Part shown: piece by piece, positions 12,556 through 25,200 of the stretch
Layout of the letters: the number at the start of each line of letters is the position of its first letter
Position numbering within the stretch: position 1 is the stretch's first letter
Source of the DNA: Mizuhopecten yessoensis
Taxonomy: Eukaryota
DNA: 64,000 bases
Reading direction: 5' to 3'
Assembly: GCF_002113885.1 (NCBI RefSeq)
Contig: NW_018407846.1
Location: forward strand, 493,158-557,157
Notes under the pieces: generated by a model
What the model saw: only the letters and a program-made list of their open reading frames with translations
Told to the model about the DNA's origin: nothing
Database searches by the model: none
Program-made: the position numbers and the translations under genes

Positions 12556-15500
12556 GTAAGTTTATTTTTATATTCTCGTATTCTGAAAGTATTTAAAAAG
12601 GTTTATGTAAAATATCATTGGATTTTGCTGTTCACGAAAAAGTCATCTGATGGAATTTAATTTAATTTAAGTGAGTGTAAGTTATTAAATTTATAATTGT
12701 ATATAAATATAATTATTTTGTTTGGTGTGCGCGAAACAATTACAATTAAAGGCATTTTTTTTTTTTATGTTTGATCATATTTAAATACATGTAGTTATAT
12801 TTGTGGCTATTTGTATAAAACATGACGAAGGAAAGTGATGTAGTATATATGCAGTACAATAAGAACAACTAAATCGCTGTAATGGGATTTGATTTCGAGA
12901 TTTTGAACAATAATACGAAATGTGATAATTTCCGATGTTATTTCTCGGATATATCGGTCAAGTTATCAGTTATGAGTGTGTTCGTTTTGTTTGCTGTTTC
13001 GAATAGTACATATATATATATACATCGATTTGTATCACGATCGTTGAGACAACACTCCATTGATACATCCTTTAAATATCAATAAAAAAGCTGGAAAGGG
13101 TATTTTACATTTATCAGCTATTGGCGGGGTTGGGCTAATGATAAATGAGAGCTTATTCATTCACAACATAAAGTCATAGTAAGATTATTTTGATTTAACG
13201 TAAATTAGAAGTATATTGTACACCACCACATTGTAAATACATGTATAAAACATATGTACCGTGTAGGACAGATGTATCGCCTAGCTTATATATTTAAACA
13301 TTCTTCTACCAGGATAGATACTATTACTCTACACTTTACGAATACTTGTTGGTTTTCCAGTGACTTAGATTTCATGCAACCTTCAAAATGAACCAGTGTC
13401 TTCCAGAACAAGTCATTGGAATATTTCCTCCTGTGACACTAAAAGTGAATGAAAGTTGTTCATACGAGAAACCTTAATGTCATTCCATCCCATTATACCA
13501 AAAGCCAATACAGAAACCCCAGGTATCTTGGTGGCTATTCAGAAGATGTTGCTTATATTTTTAAAACACATTTAACTCATGTGAAATTGAACACGGATCA
13601 CGGTTATCCAATTGAACATCTTAGTAGCCTGCTGCATCAACATGCTACTTGCCAAACATCATAACCATTTACCTCTCAATCAATTCAACAATCGTAGTCA
13701 CTTCTGCGGTTGATGATATCAAGTAATTGACTGTGTTTGTGAAGCGGATTTATAGATTACTAGGGATAAATGATAGGGGGTTAGGGAGAAGTTAGGGTTG
13801 AGACGGAAATTGATAGGATGGCGGGGCGGGGCGGGGCGGGGCGGGGATAATGGCATAGGGCAGCTATTAGCATATAGCAAGGCCGGACAGTTAGAGTAGA
13901 GTAGGGCAGACAGGGTATAGCAGGGCTTGCCAAGGTGTATTGCACTGAGGTTAAGATGAGAACGCGCTAAGATAGGGTGATGTTTGATTTGATGAGCTGA
14001 GCATGATAAAAGTAGCAAAGAAGATGAAGAGGAGAGGAGAGTGAGTGAGAGGGAAGGGGATTGCATATCAATAAAAAGGAGGACCGGACAGGCACGGATG
14101 GATGTCTGGCTGAAGGGGAGTGGGAATGGGATGGTAGAATTAATACGTATTTAGCACTATCACGGCAGGTTGATATTCTATACTGGGTGTGCCAGTAACA
14201 AAGTTAAAAGTAAAACTGTGCAGTGTTTGTAAACGAGCAATAAGTATGGAAAACCCAGACGGAACCATTAACTGTCAAGCCGACGACGCCCGGATGACAG
14301 ACTAATGTTAAAAAGTTCCTAATTCTGTTAAAGGCTATACATTCCCCATATCAACCACCAATTTGGAGGAGAGATCCCCTCAAGCTATGTATAATCACCT
14401 CATTATAAGTAAATTGCACCAAACGTGCATTTATTTAAACTGTTTAGTTTCAATTTATCTGGCGTATTTTACCAAATGCTAAACACTGATTTTATATGCC
14501 AAGTCTTGTAAGGAAGTCCGAGAGGAACAGACATGCTTGTTGTATGTATATGTCTAACACTGTAGACGCGTAAATTCGACAATTATTTTCTTTTTGCAAT
14601 GGATAGCATTTGTATGTTTGTTTTATCGAGATATAGTATATCCGTTTAAGAAGCATTTGTTGAAATGTAAACAATTCTCCTCCTTTTTGCCTATTTACGA
14701 ATCATAATCAGAATTTGCCAGGGTTTGGCTCTAAATATTTACATGTACAAGTAACGACCAATTTGAGAAATATTGCAATTCAAATTCCATCTTCTGAATT
14801 ACGTCAAGAATATGCGTCAGTTTTGAACGCATGCACGGAGTCGAGAACATCCGGACTGCGCTGGAGAAGGGACCGCTCCGGAAACTACACACACTCAATA
14901 TGTGTACGTTCAATGCATATTCCCAGGCCTGCAGGTTGGTGATAAAGTTTCAACTTGCGACTTGATTGGCTGCCAGTTGATTAAAATGGGAAGACGAAAA
15001 CGATTTGAATGCTTTTTGTTATCTGAATCTGAATGATTTTGATAAACCAGTGCTACAAACATAACTCGTCGCAGATTGTAAACGTTCTTTCTTTAAACGA
15101 TGAATGTGTTTATTCTGACAAAATTGTGATTTCACAATCCTTTGACAGTCAGCTTTGAAATAAAAAAACATTTAAATAGAAACATATTTGAAAAGTTGTT
15201 TAGATTTCGATATTTTGATATGTCGGTAACATGCTGTATTTCCCTGTCTTTCGTATTCATACATTAAATATGAAATATGTTTTATTTCTCCATAAAAGAC
15301 GCAATATAACAGTTTAACGACTTCCCATCCTTGTTAATACACGTGTTTTTCTTGTCATAAGTTCGTGTCGTCATTTCCGTATTGCGTATCGGTCATTCCA
15401 ATACCGTAGTGTAAATCATAGTAGCACCGGGTAAACATTAGTACACGTGCGTGACGATGCTATGTCAACACCCGATATCGAGACTTCAATGGAACATGTG

Positions 15501-17715
15501 TAACCACAAATCAGATATAAAGCTTCCGATACAGTGACAAACATTGACTCTAAGGAACACACTGACATGTTACCAGACGACTTTAAGAAGGTCATGCATA
15601 TGAAGCGCATGAAACAATTATATTATATATGTTAATTAACACCCACGCAATTTATAACTTATCCGAAAATGAGGTGATACAAATGCACAAAATTTACATA
15701 AACTTACACTAATCTTAGTGGAACATTTGTGGAAACTTCAATGGTTTCAGTGTTGGTAATAATGAGACAGAGGAATACAACCACTCACATACATGTATAT
15801 CCGTCCCACTTCCGGAAATTTAACGAATGATACCGTACAGAGTCTGGTTTTTTCCTCTGAGATCCTCGAATTAGCCTTTACACTGACTTATATCTTTCAA
15901 CTTTTTTAAATTGGAAGTAAAGATACTTGGGTTTTGATATTAATACTGTTCAAAGATAAGCAATAATAAAAAAAGACATTTTAACAATACTTATCGAAAC
16001 ACTAACTGCTTTTATTTCGAATTTCAATAATCTGGATTTGAACTCTCCGTACAATTAATGATCCAGAAATTAACAGGAATTAATTGTATTCCAGAGACTA
16101 TAACAGATTTATCATTGTTACAATTGTATGTGTTTGTAATACTGTTGGTTTGGACTAAACAGTTTTCAATGCACTTAATCTTTATCAATTTACAATCATG
16201 TTATGATGGGTAATGAATTCACTTAAACGATGAGGATTTTATTTCTTCTGACTTCCTATTTCGTATGAAAATTAAACATATGCAGAAAGTGACATAAACA
16301 CATTCCGTATATATGGAGCTGCCATTCAAAAATCTAACCGAATTTGTTTCTACGACTCTGAAACAGAACATGAAAACATATTTCTCTTATCACTCTTATC
16401 AACACAAAGAAAGTTGGAATGAGAAAGATAATGTCAAAACCTAGACTTTTAATCTGCCTGTCTGGCAAACTGTCGTAATAACTACCAATCTTATTCAAAA
16501 CAGCCTAACACAACCCCCTTCTGTCAGTGTGTGTTCAGTCTAGTCCATGGAAACACTCGCAGTGAGATTTATCAAAAGTGGCACAGACCATTTACCTGTT
16601 ATTGTGGTCATGGGAATTTCGAGACGAATCTAGATATTTGACAATATTTATTAATTGTTTTACACTTGTGCAAAGACTAATGTGACACTATCTCGTTATA
16701 AAGAGAAAAACACATTTTAAAATAATTAGAAAGTCAATAAAGAGAAATGGTTATTGTGAGCCATAGTTATTTTTATTGAAATGTGTGAATGTCAAATGTA
16801 TGTTGACAAAAAGGAGAGTAAATACCAATATGAAAGAGCAATACATTTGTGTGCTGGAGTGAACCCAGGGGGTGCTGGTATACTGAGTAGGTCAGGATAT
16901 TTGCTTATATAGCCACTTACTGAGGCTAATTTATTCCTACCATTAAACAATTGCAGTTATTCTACGGCATTCACAAGATGCGGTTCTATCGCGTAATGAT
17001 GTCCTTTGGAAAGACAATTTTGATCATGTTAACGAAATATATCTTGATGCTCAAATGGCGATGCATTTGATTTGACCGTTAGCTTTTGTAATTGAAAGAA
17101 AATTAAAGTGACATTAAATTTATCCACATACAATAAATAGTCTTGTGTTTAGGTTCATCGTCCACCTTAGATTGTACTGGTGTTATCACTTCTCATATCC
17201 CCGTGTATATAAGAAAAACTATGTAAACAACAGAAATTTAAATAGTTTTATCCATTCCAACTGGAAATGACAAACAGTTTTCGACTTGGTAATGGCGACT
17301 GTTCTACCGTGTTCAGCCTTGTACAAATCCGCGGTTTTTATTATCATAATTTAAAGGAGACAAATGCTGCCCCTGTACAAGCATACATTACCATGTAACA
17401 TAAGGATCTAAAATATTACTGCCATAGACTTATATCGCTAAATGTCCAATTTCTTATGTATCGCACTTTTGCATTTAACCAGAACTATCCTCAAATCAAA
17501 ACGTACCAGCAGTCCTGTTTGTCATCTTTATAGCAATGCCTGTCCGAAAGGACGCTGTCACAGACCAGTCTAACAGTTTAGATGTTGACGACGGAGCATC
17601 AAAATATGCATTGAATTGTTAAAGTATAATGATAACGTTCAATATTCTTTTTACATATGAGGCGTCTTTTTTTAGCTTTTGACTTATTCTTGTTTGTTGT
17701 ATACCATATATGAAG

Positions 17716-17925
17716 GTCCTGGTTTGGCGGAATACGACATCAGGGCAGTCACTGTAGAAGTTCCCTGGGATGAAGCAAGTCAAGGATGTGAGGACATTGG
17801 ATACAACCTGTTTGACCCCGCAATGGTGACAAAGCAAACACTGGTATCAAAGGCACTCCTTCAGGAAGGGGAACGTTATTGGACAAGTACATACACGTCA
17901 AGATCCCCCTTCTATTGGAAACTTG
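17716..17925 (+). CDS. CTLD/WSC protein copy 1, exon 2 (N-half of C-type lectin domain 1)
   Basis: AG/GT bounded, phase 1-1; VPWDEASQGCEDIGYNL...RYWTS. Confidence 0.85.
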
Positions 17926-18229
17926 GTAAGGTTTAACCTTAGTACCCTCTAGTCCTACGAATAACTTATTGGGTAAATTCAAACACAGTATCGTCTGATC
18001 CTACTTGCGTTGTAAGTCTTAATCCAGACATTTCGGCTCATTACCTGTTTGCGAGTTTTGAGAGATTTCCCTCTGTATCACTTGTTCCTGCTCGCCTGGT
18101 AAAATTTAGCCTCAGTTTCCCCTGGTTCTAATTACACATTGATATTTAGCCACAGTATTTATTGGTTCAACATGCATTTGTCCGGTACCATGTAACTCAG
18201 TATCCCCTTTTACTTACTTGCCAGTCAAG

Positions 18230-20760
18230 ATTGAGCCCATGTGTTCTATAGTCCTATTTTCCTGTTAAGGTTTAATCCAAGTATCCTATAGTCCTAACTA
18301 TCTTTTAAGATAGACTTGCCTGTTGCAATTTGATTCCAGTATTCAATAGTCCTACTTGCCGTTAAAGATTTAACCCCAGTATTCCATAGTCCTAGACACA
18401 TGTTAAGATTTAAAACGTATTATTCCATAGTCCTAATTGCCTGTTAAGATGTATCCCCAGTTTATCATGGTCCTTCTCGCCTTTCTAAATTTAGCCGAAG
18501 TACATTATATCATGGTCCTACTCACGTTTTTAGATTTAGCCCCAGTATATAATGGTACTACACGCCTGTTAAGATTTAGCCCCAGTTTATCATGGTCCTA
18601 GTCGCAAGTTTAAATTTAGCATATTATATAGCATGGTCCTACTCGTCTTTTTGAATATAGCCCTATTTATCATGGTCCTCCTACTCACCAGTTAAGTTTT
18701 ATCCGCCGTTCATTATGGTCCCACTTTCCTGTTAAGATTTAGACTCAATATCATGGTCCTACTTGCCTGTTAAGATTTAGCCCCAGTATATCGTGGTCCT
18801 ACTCGCCTGTTAAGATTTAGCCCCAGTATATCGTGGTCCTACTTGCCTGTTAAGATTTATCCCCAGTATATCGTGGTCCTACTCGCCTGTTAAGATTTAT
18901 CCCCAGTATATCGTGGTCCTACTTGCCTGTTAAGATTTAGCCCCAGTATAACATGGTCCTACTTGCCTGTTAAGATTTAGCCCCAGTATATCATGGTCCT
19001 ACTTGCCTGTTAAGCTTAAGCCCCAGTATATTGTGGTCCTACATGCCTGTTAAGATTTAGCCCCAGTATAACATGGTCCTACTCGCCTGTTAAGATTTAG
19101 CCCCAGTATATCATCGTCCTACTTACCTGTTAAGATTTATCCCCAGTATATCGTGGTCCTACTTGCCTGTTAAGATTTAGCCCCAGTATAACATGGTCCT
19201 ACTCGCCTGTTAAGATTAAGCCCCAGTATATCGGGGTTCTACTTACCCGTTAAGATTTATCCCCAGTATATCGTGGTCCTACTTGCCTGTTAAGATTTAG
19301 CCCCAGTATAACATGGTCCTACTCGCCTGTTAAGATTAAGCCCCAGTATATCGGGGTTCTACTTACCCGTTAAGATTTATCCCCAGTATATCGTGGTCCT
19401 ACTTGCCTGTTAAGATTTAGCCCCAGTATAACATGGTCCTACTCGCCTGTTAAGATTAAGCCCCAGTATATCGGGGTTCTACTTACCCGTTAAGATTTAT
19501 CCCCAGTATATCGTGGTCCTACTTGCCTGTTAAGATTTAGCCCCAGTATAACATGGTCCTACTCGCCTGTTAAGATTAAGCCCCAGTATATCGGGGTTCT
19601 ACTTACCCGTTAAGATTTATCCCCAGTATATCGTGGTCCTACTTGCCTGTTAAGATTTAGCCCCAGTATAACATGGTCCTACTCGCCTGTTAAGATTAAG
19701 CCCCAGTATATCGGGGTTCTACTTACCCGTTAAGATTTAGCCCCAGTATATCGTGGTCCTACTTGCCTGTTAAGATTTAGCCCCAGTATAACATGGTCCT
19801 TCTCGCCTATTAAGATTTAGCCCCAGTATATCTTGGTCCTACTTGCCTGTTAAGTTTTAGACTCAATATCATGGCCCTACTTGCCTGTTAAGATTTAGCC
19901 CAAGTATAACGTGGTCCTACTCGCCTGTTAAGATTTAGCCCCAGTATAACATGGTCCTACTTGCCTGTTAAGATTTAGCCCCAGTATATCATGGTCCTAC
20001 TTGCCTGTTAAGCTTAAGCCCCAGTATATTGTGGTCCTACATGCCTGTTAAGATTTAGCCCCAGTATAACATGGTCCTACTCGCCTGTTAAGATTTAGCC
20101 CCAGTATATCATCGTCCTACTTACCCGTTAAGATTTAGCCCCAGTATATCGTGGTCCTACTTGCCTGTTAAGATTTAGCCCCAGTATAACATGGTCCTAC
20201 TCGCCTATTAAGATTTAGCCCCAGTATATCATCGTCCTCCTTGCTTGTTAAGATTTAGCCCCAGTATATCGTGGTCCTACTTACCTGTTAAGATTTAGCC
20301 CCAGTATATCATGGTCCTACTCGCCTGTTTAGATTTAGACTCAGTATATCATGGTCCTCCTTGCCTGTTAAGATTTAGCCCCAGTATATTGTGGTCCTAC
20401 TTGCCTGTTAAGATTTAGCCCCAGTATAACATGGTCCTACTTGCCTGTTAAGATTTAGCCCCAGTATATCATGGTCCTACTCGCCTGTTTAGATTTAGAC
20501 TCAGTATATCATGGTCCTCTATAACGAATTACTACTATATTTGTATAATTTTTCCCTTACTTGCCTGTAAAGATTTATCCGCAGTATAACATGGTCCTAC
20601 TCGCCTTTTTTAGATTTAGCCCCTATATATAATGGTCCTACTCGCCTTTTTTTAGATTTAGCCCCTATATATAATGGTCCTACTCGCATTTTTAGTTTTA
20701 GCCCCAATACATCGTGGTCCTACTCTCATGTTAATATTTAGACCCATTATATCATGGACA
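18230..20760. repeat. 40-bp intronic satellite (CATGGTCCTACTTGCCTGTTAAGATTTAGCCCCAGTATAT) with a 120-bp higher-order block at ~19141-19740
   Basis: 40-bp period; sequence lines 120 bp apart are identical from 19201 to ~19739. Confidence 0.95.
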
Positions 20761-21292
20761 TAACCCCGTTTTCCTTGATCCTTGTTGTCTTTTAATATTT
20801 AGCAACTGTATTCGCCTGTCCTTCATGTACCTGTTCCTCTTTCCCTATAGACTTGATGAGGCTTTGAGTAAAGATCAAGGATCGCAATTTGCATTTAAAC
20901 ATAAGAAAGTTAACAGCATACATGTATACACGACATCAGGGTAGAACTTCTAAAATGAAGCGCTGACAGAAGCAACAAATCGTTATTACTTTTGAATGAT
21001 TAGGGTTTGCTTATGATTAAATGTAAAAGAATATTATAGTAATTATGATCGCATGTTGGTGTGCTATAGTATATGTTTTTGCCGTGATCATATCATACAA
21101 TTTAGTTATACATGTGTGTACGCGTGTGTATAGATTGACGTGGTATGAATAGGTATTTATAAGTATAAATTTTCCTGGTGATTGTATATAACTGTAAGAA
21201 TGAATACGTTAGAATTCTGTACGATATAATATTATTTTGCTTGCGCATCGCACTGGATTTTATTGTCCATCATTTCAATTTTGTCTCAAAAG

Positions 21293-21405
21293 GTTGTTAT
21301 GACGTTAAGGACCGAAGTTCTCTGCATATGACCGACTTTGGAAGTGAAAACTCTGTCTATCAATGTTCCCAGAAATGTGGCGACTTGCAGTACATCGGAT
21401 TGGAG
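21293..21405 (+). CDS. CTLD/WSC protein copy 1, exon 3 (WSC N-half)
   Basis: GCYDVKD...NSVYQCSQKCGDLQYIGLE matches the WSC pattern; phase 1-0. Confidence 0.88.
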
Positions 21406-21700
21406 GTTCGTTTAAAGGAAATACGCTTTATAATTAACCTCTATCAAATGTGATAGTTTATTTGTATCGTCTGTGGATAGAGCCTCATCAATGTATACTC
21501 TCATCAAAGTATATTTAAGTCAATTTTAGAATTATATCGTTTAAGGAATGTGCGTATCTCCTCAATTATGTAAAAACTAATTCTTTCCACGTTAACTGTC
21601 CATTATCATACTAGTTTATCAACAAAATACGCCTTGAAACTATAACGTGTGCACACATGTAATAATGCATAATGCAACATTTTGATATTTCTCTCCTAAG

Positions 21701-21839
21701 GATACGGGTTGCTTCTGTTTTCCGGCCTCAGCAAAGCTGTCTCAAGAATCTGAAACCCCGTGCACGACTCTGTGTCCAGGGAACGCTAACGAAATATGTG
21801 GAGACTCCGGATCGGGCAAAATGTCGGTATACCGGAAGT
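21701..21839 (+). CDS. CTLD/WSC protein copy 1, exon 4 (WSC C-half)
   Basis: DTGCFC...CTTLCPGNANEICGDSGSGKMSVYRK; phase 0-1. This frame is not shown in the ORF track. Confidence 0.88.
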
Positions 21840-22996
21840 GTAAGTACAGTCATCTTCTACGGGTTCATATATACTTGCAAGCATACATCGGGAGTTGTTA
21901 CGTTTCTAAACACATTGGCAGCATTCTTTTCTTATATTGATTTACAAACTTCATTTTATGTATCAGAGGCATGTGCTCTTGTAAATTTCTAAATGTCAAC
22001 TGTTATTGTTTCTATCATCCTCAAACTTTTATGATTAATTTTCCCTCATTCAACGTTGGCATACACGACTTTTGCGGTACATGCGTCAAGGTTAAACAGT
22101 TTCAAATTGGAAAGATAGAGCATGTTCTCTATTACTGTATTATTCACATGGTATTTTGTTAGTAGATACCAATTATTATGTACAGTATTAGGAGAGCGTT
22201 GTTTCGTATTACACAAATGTTCAATTACGTCAGCCTGTAGCTTCATTAATTGAAACGTTTTCCAAATAACAAAGTTTGCCCGAAAGTTATACCTGGTATT
22301 TATTTCTTTTTTAATTATCCACTCATAACTAATCACGAGATACTACTAAAATTCTCAATATGTAGAGTATAACTGTATTCCGACATGCGTAGAGTATTTA
22401 TTCTAAAACATTAGACATGCTTATGTGCTCCTCAAAAACAGTCATAGGCCATAAATATCAATGCATTTAAAACAACTACGTTAACTATGTAAGCACGGAG
22501 ATTGCGACTTAATCTTCAGTACCCTAATTAAATGGAGATAATTAAAACTGCCTATACTTGTAATGCTCTATTAGACAAAAGCGCCGAAGGTATAGTATAT
22601 CATAGAACATCGAGAATAAGAAACAAAACTGCATCTTAAATGAAGGGAAAGAAACCTAACGTAGAAAACTGTATTTATAAAATGAACTTTAGTTGCCTTC
22701 TACTGTAAGTGTACAAAACGATTCATCGTTATTTTATATGATGGATGTGGTGGAAGCTTTTCTCAGTAAGCGAATACTTACTTTCAATAAAGCTGAAACT
22801 AATCTCGGTACCATATACTGTACACAATGATCCATTTTTGTGGCGAATAATACGTCAACTCATGGCTGGATAATGAATGCACAATATTCGATGAACGACA
22901 TTGTTTGAAATCTGAAGAAAACCACGTGAACCTTTTGAATTATTTCTATGATTTGTTACTCTTTCGCTTGAAAAATTAACTCTTTGTTGTTTAAAG

Positions 22997-23164
22997 TGGA
23001 CACTAATGAGGACAGGGTAACCTTAGAGGGAACGACGGGAGATTGTGTCACACTAAACAAAGAAAATGTAGATGCGATGTACAATTATTATTCCGACGAC
23101 GACGAACACCAATTGTTCACAGACAAAACCTGTACGGAAAAAAGGACATTCTTCTGTCGAAATT
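22997..23164 (+). CDS. CTLD/WSC protein copy 1, exon 5 (C-half of CTLD 1)
   Basis: GDCVTL...DKTCTEKRTFFCRN gives the terminal CTLD cysteines; phase 1-1. Confidence 0.85.
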
Positions 23165-23578
23165 GTAAGTCATGGAACGAAATCCCTATAACAGTATCTC
23201 TCATAACTCTTTATCAAATGTTTCTATACATATATAGTATTGTATTTCTGTACACTTCATCTTTTTTTATAACGAATTACTACTATATTTGTATATATCT
23301 TATATGCATACATTGGTATCAAGCGTCGATTTAACGTGACTGCCTACCTTGGGTATATATGGACTAAGTTAGTTGTCGACAATATAGCGTCCTTGATCTG
23401 ATAACATTTATGATAAAGGCCACCAAATGACTCTTCCAATGTCTAATGTTTTCTTGTATGTTTTTTGGGTTCATGATGCATTTGATTCGGTGACTCCTCA
23501 TTTTCAGTTGTCGCCTCTGATTTTTCAATTTTGTTCTTGTGCATTAACACAAAGTAATACAGAATATATATATTTCAG

Positions 23579-23800
23579 ATGTGTACGACCCAACCAAATC
23601 AGACAGTGACATATTTATTTATAAACCGGAAAACAAGACTTGGTACGAAGCTCAGAGTGATTGCTTGTCTAGTGGGAACGACCTCGCGTTTATCGATGGC
23701 TCCAACGCCTTCGGTGTTCTTTCCCGAGACACAATACCAGTAGGCTCAGAAAGTTGGGTCGGGCTATTTAGAGAAACTGCCGAACTCTCCGTAGCCGAAG
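23579..23800 (+). CDS. CTLD/WSC protein copy 1, exon 6 (N-half of CTLD 2)
   Basis: KTWYEAQSDCLSSGNDLA...SWVGL; phase 1-1. Confidence 0.88.
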
Positions 23801-24070
23801 GTACATCCAATACAAAGATTAATAATCAGAGTATTGTTTTAGATCGATTTGAATCAATATTGATCTATAATTGGTAACCTTAATTTTTTTCCTGACCTGT
23901 ATATGAAATGGAATCTACTATCAATGATATTTATAAAATAATGCTGCAACCGTTTATAATATCAGAATTGTAACAAGAGTTCACACATTTATAGGTATTA
24001 CTACACGAAATATTCTTGCACTCTCTGTCACGTTGTTTAGTATACATGGAGACTTTGTTCTTTCTTTCAG

Positions 24071-24297
24071 GGGATGTCACTGGTGATCTAGTGTCATGTA
24101 ATTCTATTTCCATCGACAGCAACGTACTGGAGGAGAGACACCAGCCGTGTATGAATAAGTTAAAGACGCTTTGTATGAAGGGTGGGTATGACATTACAAC
24201 ACAAGATAGCGGAAAAAGTCAACGTTTCACTCCAAGTCATATATGTATCGTTGTCAGCTTAGCTTTTTATTTCAAATTACGGTGGTTAGACTTATAA
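24071..24297 (+). CDS. CTLD/WSC protein copy 1, exon 7 (C-half of CTLD 2 plus hydrophobic tail; full model 376 aa)
   Basis: SCNSI...QPCMNKLKTLC, then read-through to TAA at 24297. An alternative donor at 24182 is possible. Confidence 0.75.
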
Positions 24298-24736
24298 CAT
24301 AAAAAGCCGTTGACAAAAATGAAAACGAACAATACAAACTATATTAGGCAAGGTTTTACACAAGTTATTTTTACAGAGTGTATATAATTTTTCTACGATT
24401 ATGTGGCGTTTATCCCCTCCCAACCTACTATTTATTTTGTTTGATAAGTTAACTATATTAAAATAAGCTTTTAATGAGATGCAATATGAATTTCTATAAA
24501 AGACAGCCAAGATATCCAATTCATGGGATTTGATTTTGATTTTGATATGTGAGTTTTTTAAGAAGTAAACTTTACTCAAGTTTGTGTATTTTTCTTAGGA
24601 ATTGACTTACCATGTTATATATAAATTATAACCACATTTTTCCCTTCTGATATCTTCTGTATGAATTGGTTGAGCACGTTTATGGAACGCCATAGCTGTC
24701 ACATATGGCATAAAAATACTATATGAATTGATATTT

Positions 24737-25200
24737 TCATTATATTATATGATTTTATCATTATATTATTCGATTATATCATTATATTATTTCATATCAT
24801 CATTAAATTATTTGATTTCATCATTATGTGATTTGATTTTATCATTATATTATATGATGTCATAGTTATATTATTCGATTTTATCATTATATTATTTCAT
24901 ATCATCATTATATTATTTGATATTATCGTTATATGATTTGGTTTCACCATTATATTATACGCTGTTGTCGTGATATGATTTGGTTGTATCGTTATATTAT
25001 TCGATTTCATCAATATATGATTGAACTTTATCATTATATTATTTAGTTTCAACATCATAGTATATGCTTTCGTCATTATATGATTTAGTGTAATCGTTAT
25101 GTTATTCGATATTTTATCATTATACCATTCCGTCATCATATTATTCACAAACGTCATGATGTTGCACAACTTCATTATATTATTGTACAACTTCATTATA
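24737..25200. repeat. Degenerate 21-bp subterminal array (TTTCATCATTATATTATTTGA), ~22 units
   Basis: 21-bp period; it produces the heptad-repeat ORF 24897..25271. Confidence 0.85.

Larger units (their letters stand above)
1325..21749 (+). repeat. Large direct duplication, copy 1 (the part alignable to 38345-64000)
   Basis: Colinear matches throughout, e.g. ORFs 4545 vs 41716, 13449 vs 55614, 17679 vs 59746, 21178 vs 63429. Confidence 0.95.

Noticed and set aside
13449-14066. ORFs conserved in both copies (71 aa and 115 aa)
   Set aside because: Conservation reflects the recent duplication; low complexity, intronic, no recognisable motifs.
16850-16930. tRNA-like B-box (GGTTCACTCC) on the minus strand
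   Set aside because: No cloverleaf could be built; at most a decayed SINE head.
1-20760. CRISPR-like appearance of the 25/40/41-bp arrays
   Set aside because: No unique spacers, no cas genes, eukaryotic context.
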